Assembly: GCA_964106645.2 (NCBI GenBank)
Contig: OZ078259.1
DNA: 64,000 nucleotides
Source: Podarcis pityusensis
Taxonomy: Eukaryota
Strand: one strand, 5' to 3'
The translations under genes and the position numbers were made by a program. Shown here piece by piece: positions 12,551-25,192 of the stretch. The notes under the pieces are model-generated. The model was not told where the DNA came from and did no database searches. It worked only from the letters and a program-made list of their open reading frames with translations. Each line of letters starts with the position of its first letter. Position 1 is the first letter of the stretch.

Positions 12551-14430
12551 GGGTGAACTTGAAAGCTTTCACCCTATTTTGTGCCATTTTTGTTGGCCTA
12601 TGGCAGGTAAAGGAGGAACCTCTTAAATTATGTCATGTGAGCGTTGCACCCTTGAACGTCCCTTGCGTTCCCAGGCATCCCTATCTGATGGAACATCTTA
12701 AACAGTAAATAATAAGAACCGACAAGTTCCATTTTTCATCAAATCACTGGTGCCATCTGCAGGGGGGCCTGGGCACCCACAAAATTTTCACTGTGGGTGC
12801 CCGGCCTCCTCCCGCTGCCACACCTCCAGCTCTCCGGCCCTGCAGTGGCAACTGGATTGGGCCTCTGTCTTCACCACGGGGCCTTTGTTGGGGCCTGCTG
12901 CAGCTGCGGATGTGCACCCCAACTTCACCGCCCCACCCCTGCCATAACCCAATCATCAAGCATCATCTGAGGCCTAAGTCAGCGCGTCTAGGTCAAATCA
13001 GGCTACAACTTTATCGACTACAGCTGTAAGAGGTTTGGCATAGGCATTGGGTAGACCACACTTCTTCCAGCCCACCTGCTGCAAGTACTTAATATGGGGT
13101 CACCAGGAGGGAGTTCTTGACCTACATCAGGAAGTAGCTGCCCCTCTGGATTGCACTTAGGAAATGCTGTGGACCTAGCCCATGCCTGGGCATCCAGACA
13201 GAAGCATCACTGCTGGATCCTTTTAATGGGATACCTCATTTTCTGGAGGGGCAAGCAGAGGCTACAACTTCCGCTTGGTCCAAGACTACGCCTACCCAAT
13301 GCCTAAACTGCCAAAGTAGTGACAATGCCTACAAGGATGGAGAAAACCAGATGGCAGCAGCCAATTAGCCAAATGGGAAAATTCCAACCTGCTGCCAAAT
13401 ATGGTGATGGCCAATATCCCTGGCAAGGCCATTCAGTGCAACACACAACAGAAAAATAGGGAGGGTGATCCAGCAAAGGAGTGGCTGCCAAGGCCAGCCA
13501 AAGGCCCCATATAAATCCCCTAGGAGGGGACTTGAGAAAAGCCAACAGGCCTTGTTGGGTCCACCCCCCAGGAGTGGACCACCCCAAGCCTGATCTCGAT
13601 TGGCCAATTGTGTGAGCAGGATGAATCCAGTTCCCAGGTAGCAAGCTGAGTCCAGGGATGTCCTTTCCTGCCTGGGAAGTGTCCCAGGAAGCAGGGCCTC
13701 TGCTGCCAGAATCATGACAGCCCGCAACAGCCCCCACCTAAGAAGGTGAGTGGACTTGGAGAAATATCTCCAGAGGTGGATTTTGGGGAGCCAATCAGTT
13801 TGGTTGCACTGTGCACAGAGCTGCAGGGTCTCCACAACTATTATTTGGAATTGAGCGCAGGAATCAGGATGCGAAGTTTGGCACTGCACAGGGTGTCACT
13901 GAAATTTGAGACCCCATGATCTGCCACTGCTCGCTCACACACATACATACCGAGTGCAGAAATCTCCTGAGGTTCTGTCACTTAAGAGCACACTGATGGG
14001 GAACTTCACGTTTGAAGGCTTCCTTGTGTCAAAATCTCCTGTGTGCAAAAAATATAAATAGCATCTCAGGCAAATAGGAAGCTATGCTAGATAAATCTGT
14101 CTATGAATATTGAGCTTCCTCCATGTGGTATCCTTTGATCAGCCAAGGTGCAGCTTATTCATCACCAGCCCTGGCAGTGCCCTAACCTTTAATCCAATCC
14201 ACATTCTTTAGAGTTTCTGGGCTTACAACATGGTTCACAAAAACTTTCCAATAATGCAAATCTTTGTGCACATTGCACAAGTTGTTTGAGAATGGGAGTT
14301 TCACTGCTTGGAATTCTGCCTGCTTCCTAGAATGCCCTCATAGGAAACATGAGGCTTATTCCCTATTCCAACATTGTCCTCACCTCTGTGCATAGATTCT
14401 AACTTTATGACTGACCTGAGAATTATCGTA

Positions 14431-14656
14431 CAGTGGTATCTCAGGTTACAGACACTTCAGATTACAGACTCTGCTAACCAAGAAATAGTACCTCGGGTTA
14501 AGAACTTTGCTTCAGGATGAGAACAGAAATCTCACAGCAGTGGCACGGTGGCAGCAGGAGGCCCCATTAGCTAAAGTGGTGCTTCAGGTTAAGAACAGTT
14601 TCAGGTTAAGAACAGACCTCCAGAACGAATTAAGTTCTTAACCCGAGGTACCACTG
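14431..14656. mobile_element. Tc1/mariner (Tigger-like) MITE, CAGTGGTACC family
   Basis: TA TSDs and TIRs cagtggtatctcaggtta / taacccgaggtaccactg; near-identical copies at 33312, 37097 and 48484 lie in the opposite orientation. Confidence 0.85.
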
Positions 14657-14987
14657 TATTGTTCTTCTAAGGGAAGAACATCTGTGGGATAATATTGCCC
14701 CTTTTAACTTTTTTTAGCCACGCTGGGTGGTACCTAAACTCAAGAAACATGGGAAATAAATCTTTGTATGAATAATAGACCATACAATTCTATAGCAAGC
14801 TGTTCCCACAGCGGTCAACCAGATGCCTCTGGGAAGTCCACAAGCAGGACTTCCCCTGTTTTTAGTACTGTACCTAGCAACTGGCATTCAGAGGCAGACC
14901 TCCCTGAACACAGAGGCTTTATGCAGCACCTTGGCTAATAGCTAATAACCTATCTTCCTCCACAATTGTGTCCAGTCCCCTTCTAAA

Positions 14988-16031
14988 TGTGGGAATGTTC
15001 TGGGGTGCAGGAGAGGATATATTGTGAGATTATATCCTAATCCAACTTGTGCTAACAAGTTCCCAAAATGTTTATAGACATTCCCCTTTAAGTTCGCAAC
15101 AGTAACGCTTGCACAGGTTCACTAGAACCTCTATAATAATTACTCTGGTAATTTCCCCTTTTGTTCCCTCTTAAAATACAAGACACAACACAGTCTTTAT
15201 AAAAGTATAAAAGAGTTTACTCACGTTCTGTTCACAATATGATCCCAGAAGGCAGACAGCTTAAAAAGGTTACATACATTCAGAATCTATCTTGTAGCAA
15301 GATAGACCTTATTTCCTCTCTTGGCTGGGAGCCAAGAGAGCATCCTTAGATGTTTCCTCATCGAAGGAAAATGGCAGAAAGAGAGAGATGGCTGCCTGCT
15401 CTGTGCTTTTGTCATTACCTGCACAGGTGAGGCCACACCCACCTATGGTTACATGCGGAGGAAGTCCGTCCCCAGGAAGTTTACCTGCTTGCTAGACAGA
15501 CATCCCTCCCCATGTTCTAACATGTACACTCTAGGAATGTTATCATTGACTGCTCCTGTGTTTACATCCCACATACCCCTTCTCAGGCAATACAACATAC
15601 ACAAAACATAAACAACTTTATTCAACCACCCAGAGTCCCAGCTTGACACGTAGATTCTGGAAACTCTCTCTTGGTAGGGGTTTCGTCAGGGTGTCAGCAG
15701 TCATCTCTTGGGTGCTGCAGTAGGATAGCTCCACAAGTCCATCCTGGATCATCTGGCGTATGTAGTGGTATTTAACCCCAATGTGTTTTGTTCTGGCCAG
15801 GAACTTCTCACTCTGGGTCAGCTTCAGGCAACTTTGATTGTCCTCCAGCAAGCTGACAGGCCCTTTTCTCACCAACCCAAAGTCCTTTATGAGTTGATCA
15901 AGCCAGGCGATCTCTCTGCAGGCTTCTGTTGCTGCAACGTATTCTGATTCTGTGGAAGATAATGCTACACAGCTCTGTTTATAACTGCCCCATGCAACAG
16001 GTCCATCACCAAACATAAAAACATTCCCACA
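14988..16031 (-). mobile_element. Ty1/Copia LTR retrotransposon derivative: RNase H coding end, PPT and one LTR, flanked by a 5-bp TSD
   Basis: ORF 15618-16016 is Copia RNase H (VALSSTESEY, EDNQSC, RTKHIGVKYHYIR, MTADTLTKPL); PPT gagaaggggta at 15574-15584; LTR 14988-15573 (tgtgggatgt...acattcccaca); TSD ctaaa at 14983-14987 and 16032-16036. Confidence 0.9.
15618..16016 (-). pseudogene. Copia pol RNase H domain remnant (open 132 aa)
   Basis: Ty1/Copia RNase H motifs; no upstream RT, IN or gag within the element. Confidence 0.9.
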
Positions 16032-16380
16032 CTAAAGACATCTAAACCAGTGGCCACCACTGACTCCTGGGGCAGCAAATTCCAAGCATTAATTATGTGT
16101 CATGTGCAGAAGTACTTCACTGTGCCTGCCTTGAATCTACTCTCAGTCAGTTTCATTGTGTGACCTTGAGGTCTACTGCCATGAGAGAGGGAGAAGTTTT
16201 ACAACTGTCACAGAAAACACAGGCAACTGCTAAAAATACCAGCATTCATCAACCAACCAGTTGTATGACATTGTGAATATGAAAAGCTCCTTCTTTTAAT
16301 CTCTTGATTATTTTTTTCAAATGAACGTCCATCATGACATGACACTTCCCAGCTAAACTAACTACTCTCTCTGTTTTAAT

Positions 16381-16448
16381 TCTATATCTATCTATCTATC
16401 TATCTATATCTATATCTATATCTATATATATATACACACATATATACA
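16381..16448. repeat. (TATC)n/(TA)n microsatellite
   Basis: Seen directly, next to the L1 poly(A) end. Confidence 0.9.
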
Positions 16449-16850
16449 TTTTTATTAATTTTTTAATATATCAATTCCAACATTCATACAACATAACTTC
16501 TCATCTTATAAAATGTTCTAGACTTCCATCAATACCTCTGATGATTTCCCATTCTCTATCACTTATTCTGCATTTCTTAATTTCTATATTACATTTAATT
16601 ATCTTTAACTAATAATTCTCCTCATAGTCTTTCTTGCAATATTTCAAATAGTTCACCTAACAAAACTTCTTGCAATCCTACTAGCGTAATCTGTTCATCA
16701 CAATTGCTTTTCAGATACTTCGTAAATTTATTCCAGTCTTCTGAGAATCTCTGGTCCTGCAGGTTTTGAATCCTTCCTGTTATTTTATCAAACTCTGCAT
16801 AGTCCATCAATTTCATCCTCCATTCTTCTTTCATCGGTAATTCTCTCTCT
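16449..16850 (-). mobile_element. L1 3' end (ORF2 C-terminus, 3' UTR and A-rich tail)
   Basis: ORF 16622-16867 KEEWRMKLMDYAEFDKITGRIQN...FSEDWNKFTKYLK; A-rich tail with aataaa on the minus strand near 16450. Confidence 0.75.
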
Positions 16851-19800
16851 GTTTTAATTCTGGCCATTTATGGGTTCCAGTGTTTTAACACTGAGAGGTG
16901 TATGCCCACGGTTCAGAGCTTTTGGCCTGAAAGACGAACAGCCCATCTACCTCTCACTGTTCATCTGCTTAGTATCCATTGCGGAACAAAAAGTCTTCCA
17001 CGTGCCAGGCAAACAGTGATGCTTTGCTGGAGGCCTGAACTGTTCTCAGCCTGCAGATGACTGCTAAGAGGATCATAGAATCCATTGATTTGGAAACATG
17101 GCATCACAGGAGTGCTTGAAAGTTTTCGTGCATGTTTTAGTACTCTGGTCCCTTTCCTATATACTTTCTTTTTTCAAAATAAAAATAACCCAGAGGTCTT
17201 TGATTCAAAATTCCCACCCACTGTTTTGTGGTGCTTCAGTGCACCTAATGCCATCTGGCTACTGTAAGCCAACTCAAAGCAGCAAGACCCTAAAAACACA
17301 ACATCTGCCTTACGTATTTTGAAAGTGATTAGCAGCCTGGTCTGATGTTAACTCAGAAGCAGTAGCGTAGTGGCAAATTCAGACGTGCAGAGTCATTTCA
17401 TAATAGTCACAGCCAAGGCAATTTCTAAGATTACAAACCTGCTAAGATTCTAAAATAATCTCATGGTTATAGCATAATTATAACTATGGATGCATCGCAA
17501 GCATCAGTGCAGCTCTCCCTGTGTTGCCTTTCAGCAACAACCATTTCCTGGGCACATGAGTACAAGGGCAAAGGATGTGGAGGGCTCCACTGTCTCCTCC
17601 TGGAGTGACTTCACTTGTGCCTTCCTTGAAGTTCCCTTGTGTGTAACATGCACTGAAGCACCTTGTGTTTTCCATGGTCCTGAATGCTCAGCTTTGGCAC
17701 ATTCAGAAATACTCCTCCTGCGGATGAGCTCTCATAGGCACCATGATATGCAAAGGTCTTGTTCCTTTAAGACCACATAGAACCTTAATTCTCAATAATG
17801 ATGGAATTCAAGGTGGAGAATACTTTTATTTTTATGCATCTTTATGATTTGTAAAGGGAACCTTTGTATGAGTTAACACTTTATTATCCCTTTGGAGCTG
17901 CACTGCATCTCTGTACTTTTATCCTTCCAGGTTGTGATACTTATGGTTTACATCTTATACTCTATACAAATCTATAGAGTTTCTTTTTTTAATGACCATA
18001 TGATTTAAATCACATGGTTTCCCTGCCAAGAAGCTTGGGAAGCATAGTTTACCTCCACAGAGCTACAATTCCCAGGATCCTTTACAAGCTACAGCTCCCA
18101 GGATTCTTTGGGAGAAAATAGTGGGCTAAATAAGCTTTAAACATAGGTGTCCTGCACAGTCAGTGCCAGGTTATAGAAAGCCCTTGGACAAGACATCCTC
18201 TCTCTGACTGAGCCCCCTCCTCTCTGCAACAAGTCAGAATCCTAGTGGCAGTACCTAGGGAAATGCTGGTTTCTTGAGGCTGTGCTTGAGCCCAAAGAAT
18301 CCCTTACTCTAAACATGATTAAGGTTGATTCATAGTCGGTGGCCACCAACAGAAAGAATGACATCACATTTACACTAATTTGGGGTTTCTCATTTACATG
18401 TTTGCCCAAAGTGAGCCTCCATAGGGCACAGAAGATAAGCATCAGTGGTTTGGTCCAGGCCTCAGTGATTCATTTGTTTTCAAGCTGTCACTTGAAGTAC
18501 ACAAAATACAGTTTCTGAAAGGAAAACAATAATAAGAGCATTGAGAATTCTGGAGGTGATCCAGCTCCATTTGTGAGATGGAACAGTTTCATTAGATTAG
18601 GCTTCTCTGGGAAGCTCAAATCATTTTAGGAAGCATACTGATCTACTCTTAAAGGTTTCGAAGAACAGATGGATCCATCTTCAGCTGTGTCAGACCATTG
18701 GTCCATAATGGAGCAACAGTAGTTCCCTGGTAGAAGACCTGGCAAATGATCTGAGGTTCAATCCCCAGTATCTCCAGGTAGGGCTGAGAGAGACCCCTGC
18801 CTGGAATCCTGGAGAGCCACTGCTGCTGGTCAGTGTAGACAATACGGATCTAGATTCACCAATCATCTGACTTGGTATAGGGCAGCTTCCCGTGTTTCTG
18901 GGTGCAGTTGGCTCAGGGTTTCTATCTAGCAGAAGCTCTCCACAGTTCCAGACAAGGGACATTCCCAGCCTTGCCTGGAGATGCTAAGGATTGTACTTCT
19001 TCATGGAATTGAAGAACAACATGGAATTGGCTGCCCCAAGGGACAGTGATGGCCACCAGCTTCAAAGGCTTTCACAGAGGACCAGGCTATCTCAACAGCT
19101 GCTAGCCAGTATAGCCATGTTCTCCCTCCAGGGTCAGAGGCCATCTGCCTTTGAATATCAGTTGCTGGGACTCCCAAGTGGGGAGACTTGCTGTTGCCCT
19201 CAAGTCCTGTGGGTGCCCTTCCCATTAGGGCATCTGGTTGGCCACTGGAAGAACAAGATGCTGGACTAGATGGGCCCCCTTTGGCTGAGGGCCTCAGGAG
19301 GCATGTTAACCACCTGGGACCTAAATTATGGAGAGTCCTCAAGAACACTTTCAGCAATCCTGTGTTTGTAAGATTTTCTAGTTCCCAGTGGATAGCTCCA
19401 CTATCCACTCTTAAGGTACAATCACTGGGCTTAAGACCATTGATCCAATGTGGCTTAATTCTGTGGTAGGATTTAGGTTTGCCTTCTTTAGGTGGGTTAA
19501 AGTGCTGTTACCCTGGTGCAAAAATGCACTTTCAAAAAGAAGCCGGCTGCTGCATTTAGGCAAGTAACAGAGAATTGAATGGGCAAATGTTTGACCAATG
19601 AAACACCCTACCAGCAAACGCTCAGTTAAACATCATCTAGAGGAGTCCAGGATAAACCGCGGATCCTTTTTTTATCTACTGTATTTATATCCCGGTTTTC
19701 TCTCCAAGGAACTCAAGGTGGTTCTACTGCTCCTCCTTTAATCCCCACAACATCCCTGTGTGGTAGGTTAGGCTTGTAAGCTTCATGGCTGAGTGGAGAT

Positions 19801-22800
19801 TTCAACCCTGGTTTTCCAGGTCCCAGTCCAACACTCTAACCACTACACTTTCTCTTTTTTAATGTGGCTCCAAACCCCCCTCCCCCCACGAACCACTTGA
19901 AAAGTGCTGCTGGTCTTAGCAGACCACCTAGTAATTTTTCTGCCTGTTTTATCATTTGGAATGTGCTGTGTTAGGCACTGTATTTTTTTAACTGAGTTTT
20001 TATTTCTAATATTGTATTTTGCTGTATCACAGTCTGAATTCTATGGTATTCTTTTTGCTGCCTCAAAGTTTTGACTTGTGAGGCCTGAAATGTTTGTTCT
20101 GTTTGGACTGCTTGTGCCCATCAAGGGAAACGAGGAAGTCAGGTGTGGTAATCTTAGAACTTGGCACTGCTGTGCTGTACATTTCCTGCAGGTAAGATTA
20201 CATGGATTTGGTGTGTGGGTGTGTTTGTGCAGAGGAATTAAGATGACCAATTTGTCTTCATGACAAGTCCACGTTACACTGCAGAAGGTAAATTCACTTT
20301 GTCACTCAAACAAGTGCCAAAGAATGTTAGTCCTGTACATTTTGCCTCTACAGCTGGTGGCAGATATGAAAGGGTGGAGTGAGTTCTGAATGGCTTCATT
20401 TGATGCATTCCTGAACTAAGTGCTCTTTGTGCAATGCAGGACATGAAGAATTTGGGGCATCCCCATTTTGAGTGGGGCTTGTGCAATAGAGGGTAGGAAT
20501 AGCATACCTTGAAAGAGAGTGAAGTGGACTTGTGTTGGACTGGTGATTATGACAAGCACTATAACTTTCTACAGGGAAACACCTTTCCCCCAAGCACACT
20601 CAGAACCTTTGGAAAGCCATGAATCTGACCGCAAAATTTCAAAATGCTGTTATGTTGCTGAATAAAATGGAAAGTTTGGAGGAAACATGGAAAGCTCAGA
20701 AACCCAGCAACCAAAATAAGTTTGCTGTGGAAAGTCTGTACTGAGAATAATGTTGATCTTAGCAAGTCAAGCACTAGAGGAAGAAGGAACAGCAATTCCC
20801 TCAGTGTCATTAAATAACAATCTTACTTCCTCATGAAAGGGGCATAAGGACAACAGGTTAGGAAGGGACACCCAATCATTACTCAGAGGCATCCCTCTAA
20901 TTTCATTGTTTGCTCATTTTGAAGTAGCTAATGAGGTAAACCTGGTGTCATAAAGGTAGATGCAGCTGAAGCTTTTCAAAGAAGCCAGCCAGTGGGAGCC
21001 ATGAGTGCCATTTAGCCAGAACCTGAGTCAGGTGGCAGCGAGAGGATCCTAGTGGTGTGGGCATTTCCTGTTCCATTTCCTTGGGAGATGGGACATCTTC
21101 TGGGGGTTTTCCACATGAAGCCCCGCCTGCCAAAGACAACCCTCGAACATGATCCAAGGTCATAGAAGCCCATGCTTAGAACTGGCCAGCAATCCTTTAG
21201 TCAAGCCACTTACTGGGTGGGGATTTAGAATGTTGAATGGCACCCGCTGTGCATCAGCTGGGTGCTTAAGCAGGCATTGCTCTCAACTCTCAGCACCCAG
21301 GGGTCACCCAGTGCATGGTGGGCCTCCCTCTCTCCCTCTTAGCCTCCAGCAGTCCAGAACTTGGCAGCATGAAGGCTCTGCCCCCCAAAATGTGGGACCA
21401 GGGCTTGCTGTGGTTGTGGACCCTCAGCCAGAAAGGACAGAATAATGCTTCAGGAACCGGGACTGGCGAGCCAGGTCCAGAGGCTCAGGCCTGGAACAAA
21501 GTAGGTGCTTGATTTACATCCCTATATATGGTTACTGGGTTGGCATGCTTCAGACAGGAGCAAAAAACTGGTGCGTAATTCAGAGGGTAGGGCTGAGGTG
21601 AGAGGAAAGTTTTTTCACCTGGGGCCCACATGATGTTCCACCTGGCAACACTGTCTGCTTCATGCTCAAGTGAGCAGGGACCTTAGATGTTCATGCCCAG
21701 ATACTAAACCACAAAATGAAGAGCCGTCATCATGTTCTTGAATGACTCTCCTCTGCCTTTTTCCTGCAGAGCATCAAAGTCAACACAGAGTAATTCTTTT
21801 TCTGGCTAGCACCTTTAGAATTTGGTGAGTACTGCTGTGTGGTTTGTCCCACATCAGTTCCTAGACTTCCACTTGGAACAGCACAGCTCCCAAGAGTGAT
21901 AAGGATCTTTGGGGCAGGCTCCTTTTCTGGAAGACAAAATTTGACTTCTTTCTTTCTTTACTAAATTTCTGTCCCATCCTTCCTCCCCAAGGAGCTGGGG
22001 ACAGCAAACTACAAAGTAAGAAAACAAGGCAATTAAAAGCAAAACAAAACAAATAAAAAAAATCAAATGCACCACAGGACATTTTAAAAATTACAGTATC
22101 TAAGAAGAATGACAAACAGTTGCACACCCTCACACTTAATAATTTCAAGTTTCTTCGAGCCATCAAATGATTGGGTGGAGAGAAATGTTCTTAAATTCCT
22201 TATGAATGTTAACAGAAGGGAGGAAAAGAAGAGAAACATCCCTTACCAGGGTGGGCATTTCACCAATGGGGGGCCACCACTGAGAAGGACCTGCTGTGGT
22301 CAACAGGCAGCAGGCAGCACTGAACCCACCACCACTGGGGTTTCACCTTCTGATCCTAGGACCCAAGATGGGAGGTATTAGGAGAGGCACTCCTTTAGCC
22401 ACTTGGGTACCTAAAATTTATATTATCAGAGAGAGAGCTAGACTTGAATCCTTCTCTCTAGGCATCATTGCAAGATACACAGCAGGTATATGGAGCCTGA
22501 TTTCAATATAAGAGATGCCCCTCTCTACCCTTGCCTTTGACAGAAAAGGTGTCTTGTTTTGTGAAACCCTCTTTCATCTATAACTGTTCTGTTCCACTTG
22601 GAATGGTCTTTACTTGTTGTATCATTATAATAGTTCTACCTGTTTTCCTAACTGTGCAATATGTTGGTATAATCCACATTGGGACATTATGATGAAGGGT
22701 GGGCAAGAAATAATGTATCTATATTTATAAATTTATTTTTAAATTTTGGACATTGTAGATTTGTCCTGGTCTGGTGCACATGCAATGTATATATTTGTTT

Positions 22801-23395
22801 CTTGGGGAGGAGGAGTAGACAGAGCTTTATATTTTATATAAGTTTATTTAAGTGTTTTATATAAGATTCCCCTGCGATCTTCAGACTGTATATAATTTTT
22901 ATAGTGATTTTATTTATTATTATATTATTATTTTTTATTACTTTTATCAGTTGCTTTTTTGCAATCAAATGTCTCAAAATAACTTGACAGAAATCAAACA
23001 CAGCACAGCTGAAAACAGTTTAAAGCCATGCTAAGTTTAAAACATTGATGGTAGGTAAAATGTTCATCTAGCAACCTACTAATACAGACCATGTCCTGCC
23101 CACCAACTGAAACACAAGCAACACCACAGGAGGTAACCCTTACTTAACTGAAAGCCTTGGCCAGCAGAATCATGTAAAAGCTGTACAAAGATGGCACCCG
23201 GCAATTCTCCCTGGGAAGAGCACTCCACAGGTAGGGGGCCACGCCTCAAGAGGCCTGGTCTCGTATTGGGGCACTTCCACAGAGACATTGTTGGATAAAT
23301 TTAAAAAGTGGTTCCTAGACTGGAGGTATCCCTCCTAGAAACCTAAAAGAAAAGGATGCAAGCTCCAAGTGAGAAGATAGGCCTTTATTAAAATA

Positions 23396-23649
23396 CAGTG
23401 GTACCTCGAGATGCGAACAGGATCCGTTCCGGAGCCCCGTTCGCATCCTGAAGCGAAAGCAATTCGTGTCCGTGCGTCTGTGCGTGCACAGGTTGCATTT
23501 TGCCGCTTCTGTGCATGATGTCATTTTGACCGTCTGCACATGTGCGCACGGCGAAACCTGGAAATAACGTGCTCCGTTACTTCCAGGTCGCTGCGGAGCG
23601 CAACCCGAAAATACTTAACTTGAAGCACATTTATCCTGAGGTATGACTG
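23396..23649. mobile_element. Tc1/mariner MITE
   Basis: TA-flanked cagtggtacctcgag...gaggtatgactg; homologous to 12174-12433. Confidence 0.8.
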
Positions 23650-24880
23650 TACAAATGCAAACAGGGCCAGCCCCAAAAGTAAGGAGGAGGCTGCAAAGAA
23701 CCACATCCAAAGCCATGGGTTTTTCTTGTTTTTACACTTCCAGATTGCACACATCATTTCTATTCAATACTAAAGGATCACAGCAATCTTAGCTGTTGCA
23801 ACCCAGTGTCACCATCCTGGACCAGTCAAAGTCATTTGACTCTTCAGATCAGCCCTCACCATAATATCATGTGATTACATCTAACCATTCTTCAGCGTCT
23901 TTCTCTGTTAAGACTTTAACTAATTTTCCTGTTGGTTAAAAGTCTTCCAATGTCACCTTTCATCCGTCTGCAAAACAATTCAAGATTAATCACAAGATTA
24001 ATTCTTTTTTTGTGCACCTTAGATTCTAACAGCTTATTCTTTTCAGTGTTCTGTAACGGACATTAGCTACTTACAGTACCTAAAATCAGCTAGTTCTGTA
24101 CTGTAAGAGGCAGGTACAGGCTCTTTCAGTTTAGCTAGGCCATAGACTCAAAAGAAAACATAATAACTAAAATACAGTTTTATGAAAATATTATTTTTTC
24201 CAACAACATCCCAAACTCACTCTTGGTGGAGAGGGGTCTGTTAATGTCTCATCATCTTTGTCATCAGATAATGCATCTTTTTGTACGCCCTTACCCTTAT
24301 TCACCATTTCTTTATCATCTGGGGCAGCAAGTCTGTACATTCTCTTGCACACCTACCCTAAACTAATCTCCATTTCCTCGTTGTTCCTTTCCCTTATCAA
24401 TGATTCAAAGATCAGATTCTGTAGTTTAATAGCATCTATTGACATATCCATGGAGTCTGCAGGACACAGAGTTGCAAACCACACTTTGCCAACCTAGCGC
24501 CCTCCAGGGGTTGATGTGCATGGTGGTCCATAACCTCTGGAGGGCACCAAGTTGCTGGAGGCTGCCATACATGGCACACTTTTTCCCTAGTCCAGGCTCC
24601 ACCAACCAGATGTTTTTGACAACTCACATCAGCCCCAAGCAAAATATCTGGGGGTGCCATGCCAGGTTGTTGAAAGCTATGCAGATCTGCCCATCCTCGT
24701 CTCTTTTAGGGAAAGGCCATCCTATTTACTCTGGCTTTTATAGTATTCAGAATCCCTTGAATAGTATAGCTGCAGGCCACCATAATCTCTTGAGTGGTGC
24801 AAGATTCCAGGGGTTCCAGGTGCTTACCCAGGGTTCATATTTCCTTCAAAAATGAGGCTCAGTGGCAACTGTGGTGTCTT

Positions 24881-25192
24881 CAGGGCTGGATTTAGGTTTG
24901 ATGAGGCCCAAAGTTACTGGAGGTAATGGAGCCCTTTATATGTCCAGCTGTCCTTTGTCAACAACAACTTGTTCCTGGTTTTTGTGTTGAATATATGCTA
25001 TATGGTAATTGATGGACCTAATAGGTATCTCAAGCCATTTGCACATAACAAAATATGTAGGTTTTATTTATTTTTTTCTTATATTTTGGAAATGTACATC
25101 CAGGTTTTTTTCCTTTATTTTTTTGGGGGGGCCCCCAAGAGCGTGGGGCCCTAAGCTATAGTTTGCTTAGCTTACACGTGAATTTGGCACTG
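24881..25192. mobile_element. hAT MITE
   Basis: Termini cagggctggattta / tgaatttggcactg; perfect 8-bp TSD ggtgtctt. Confidence 0.85.

Noticed and set aside
12740-13900. ORFs of 144-174 aa and a TATAAA-containing LTR-like segment
   Set aside because: No recognisable domain, termini or TSD; probably an old repeat, but I cannot support a call.
17190-17275. Harbinger transposase-like peptide (APQNSGWEF) on the minus strand
   Set aside because: Too short, and flanking DDE motifs are absent; likely chance.
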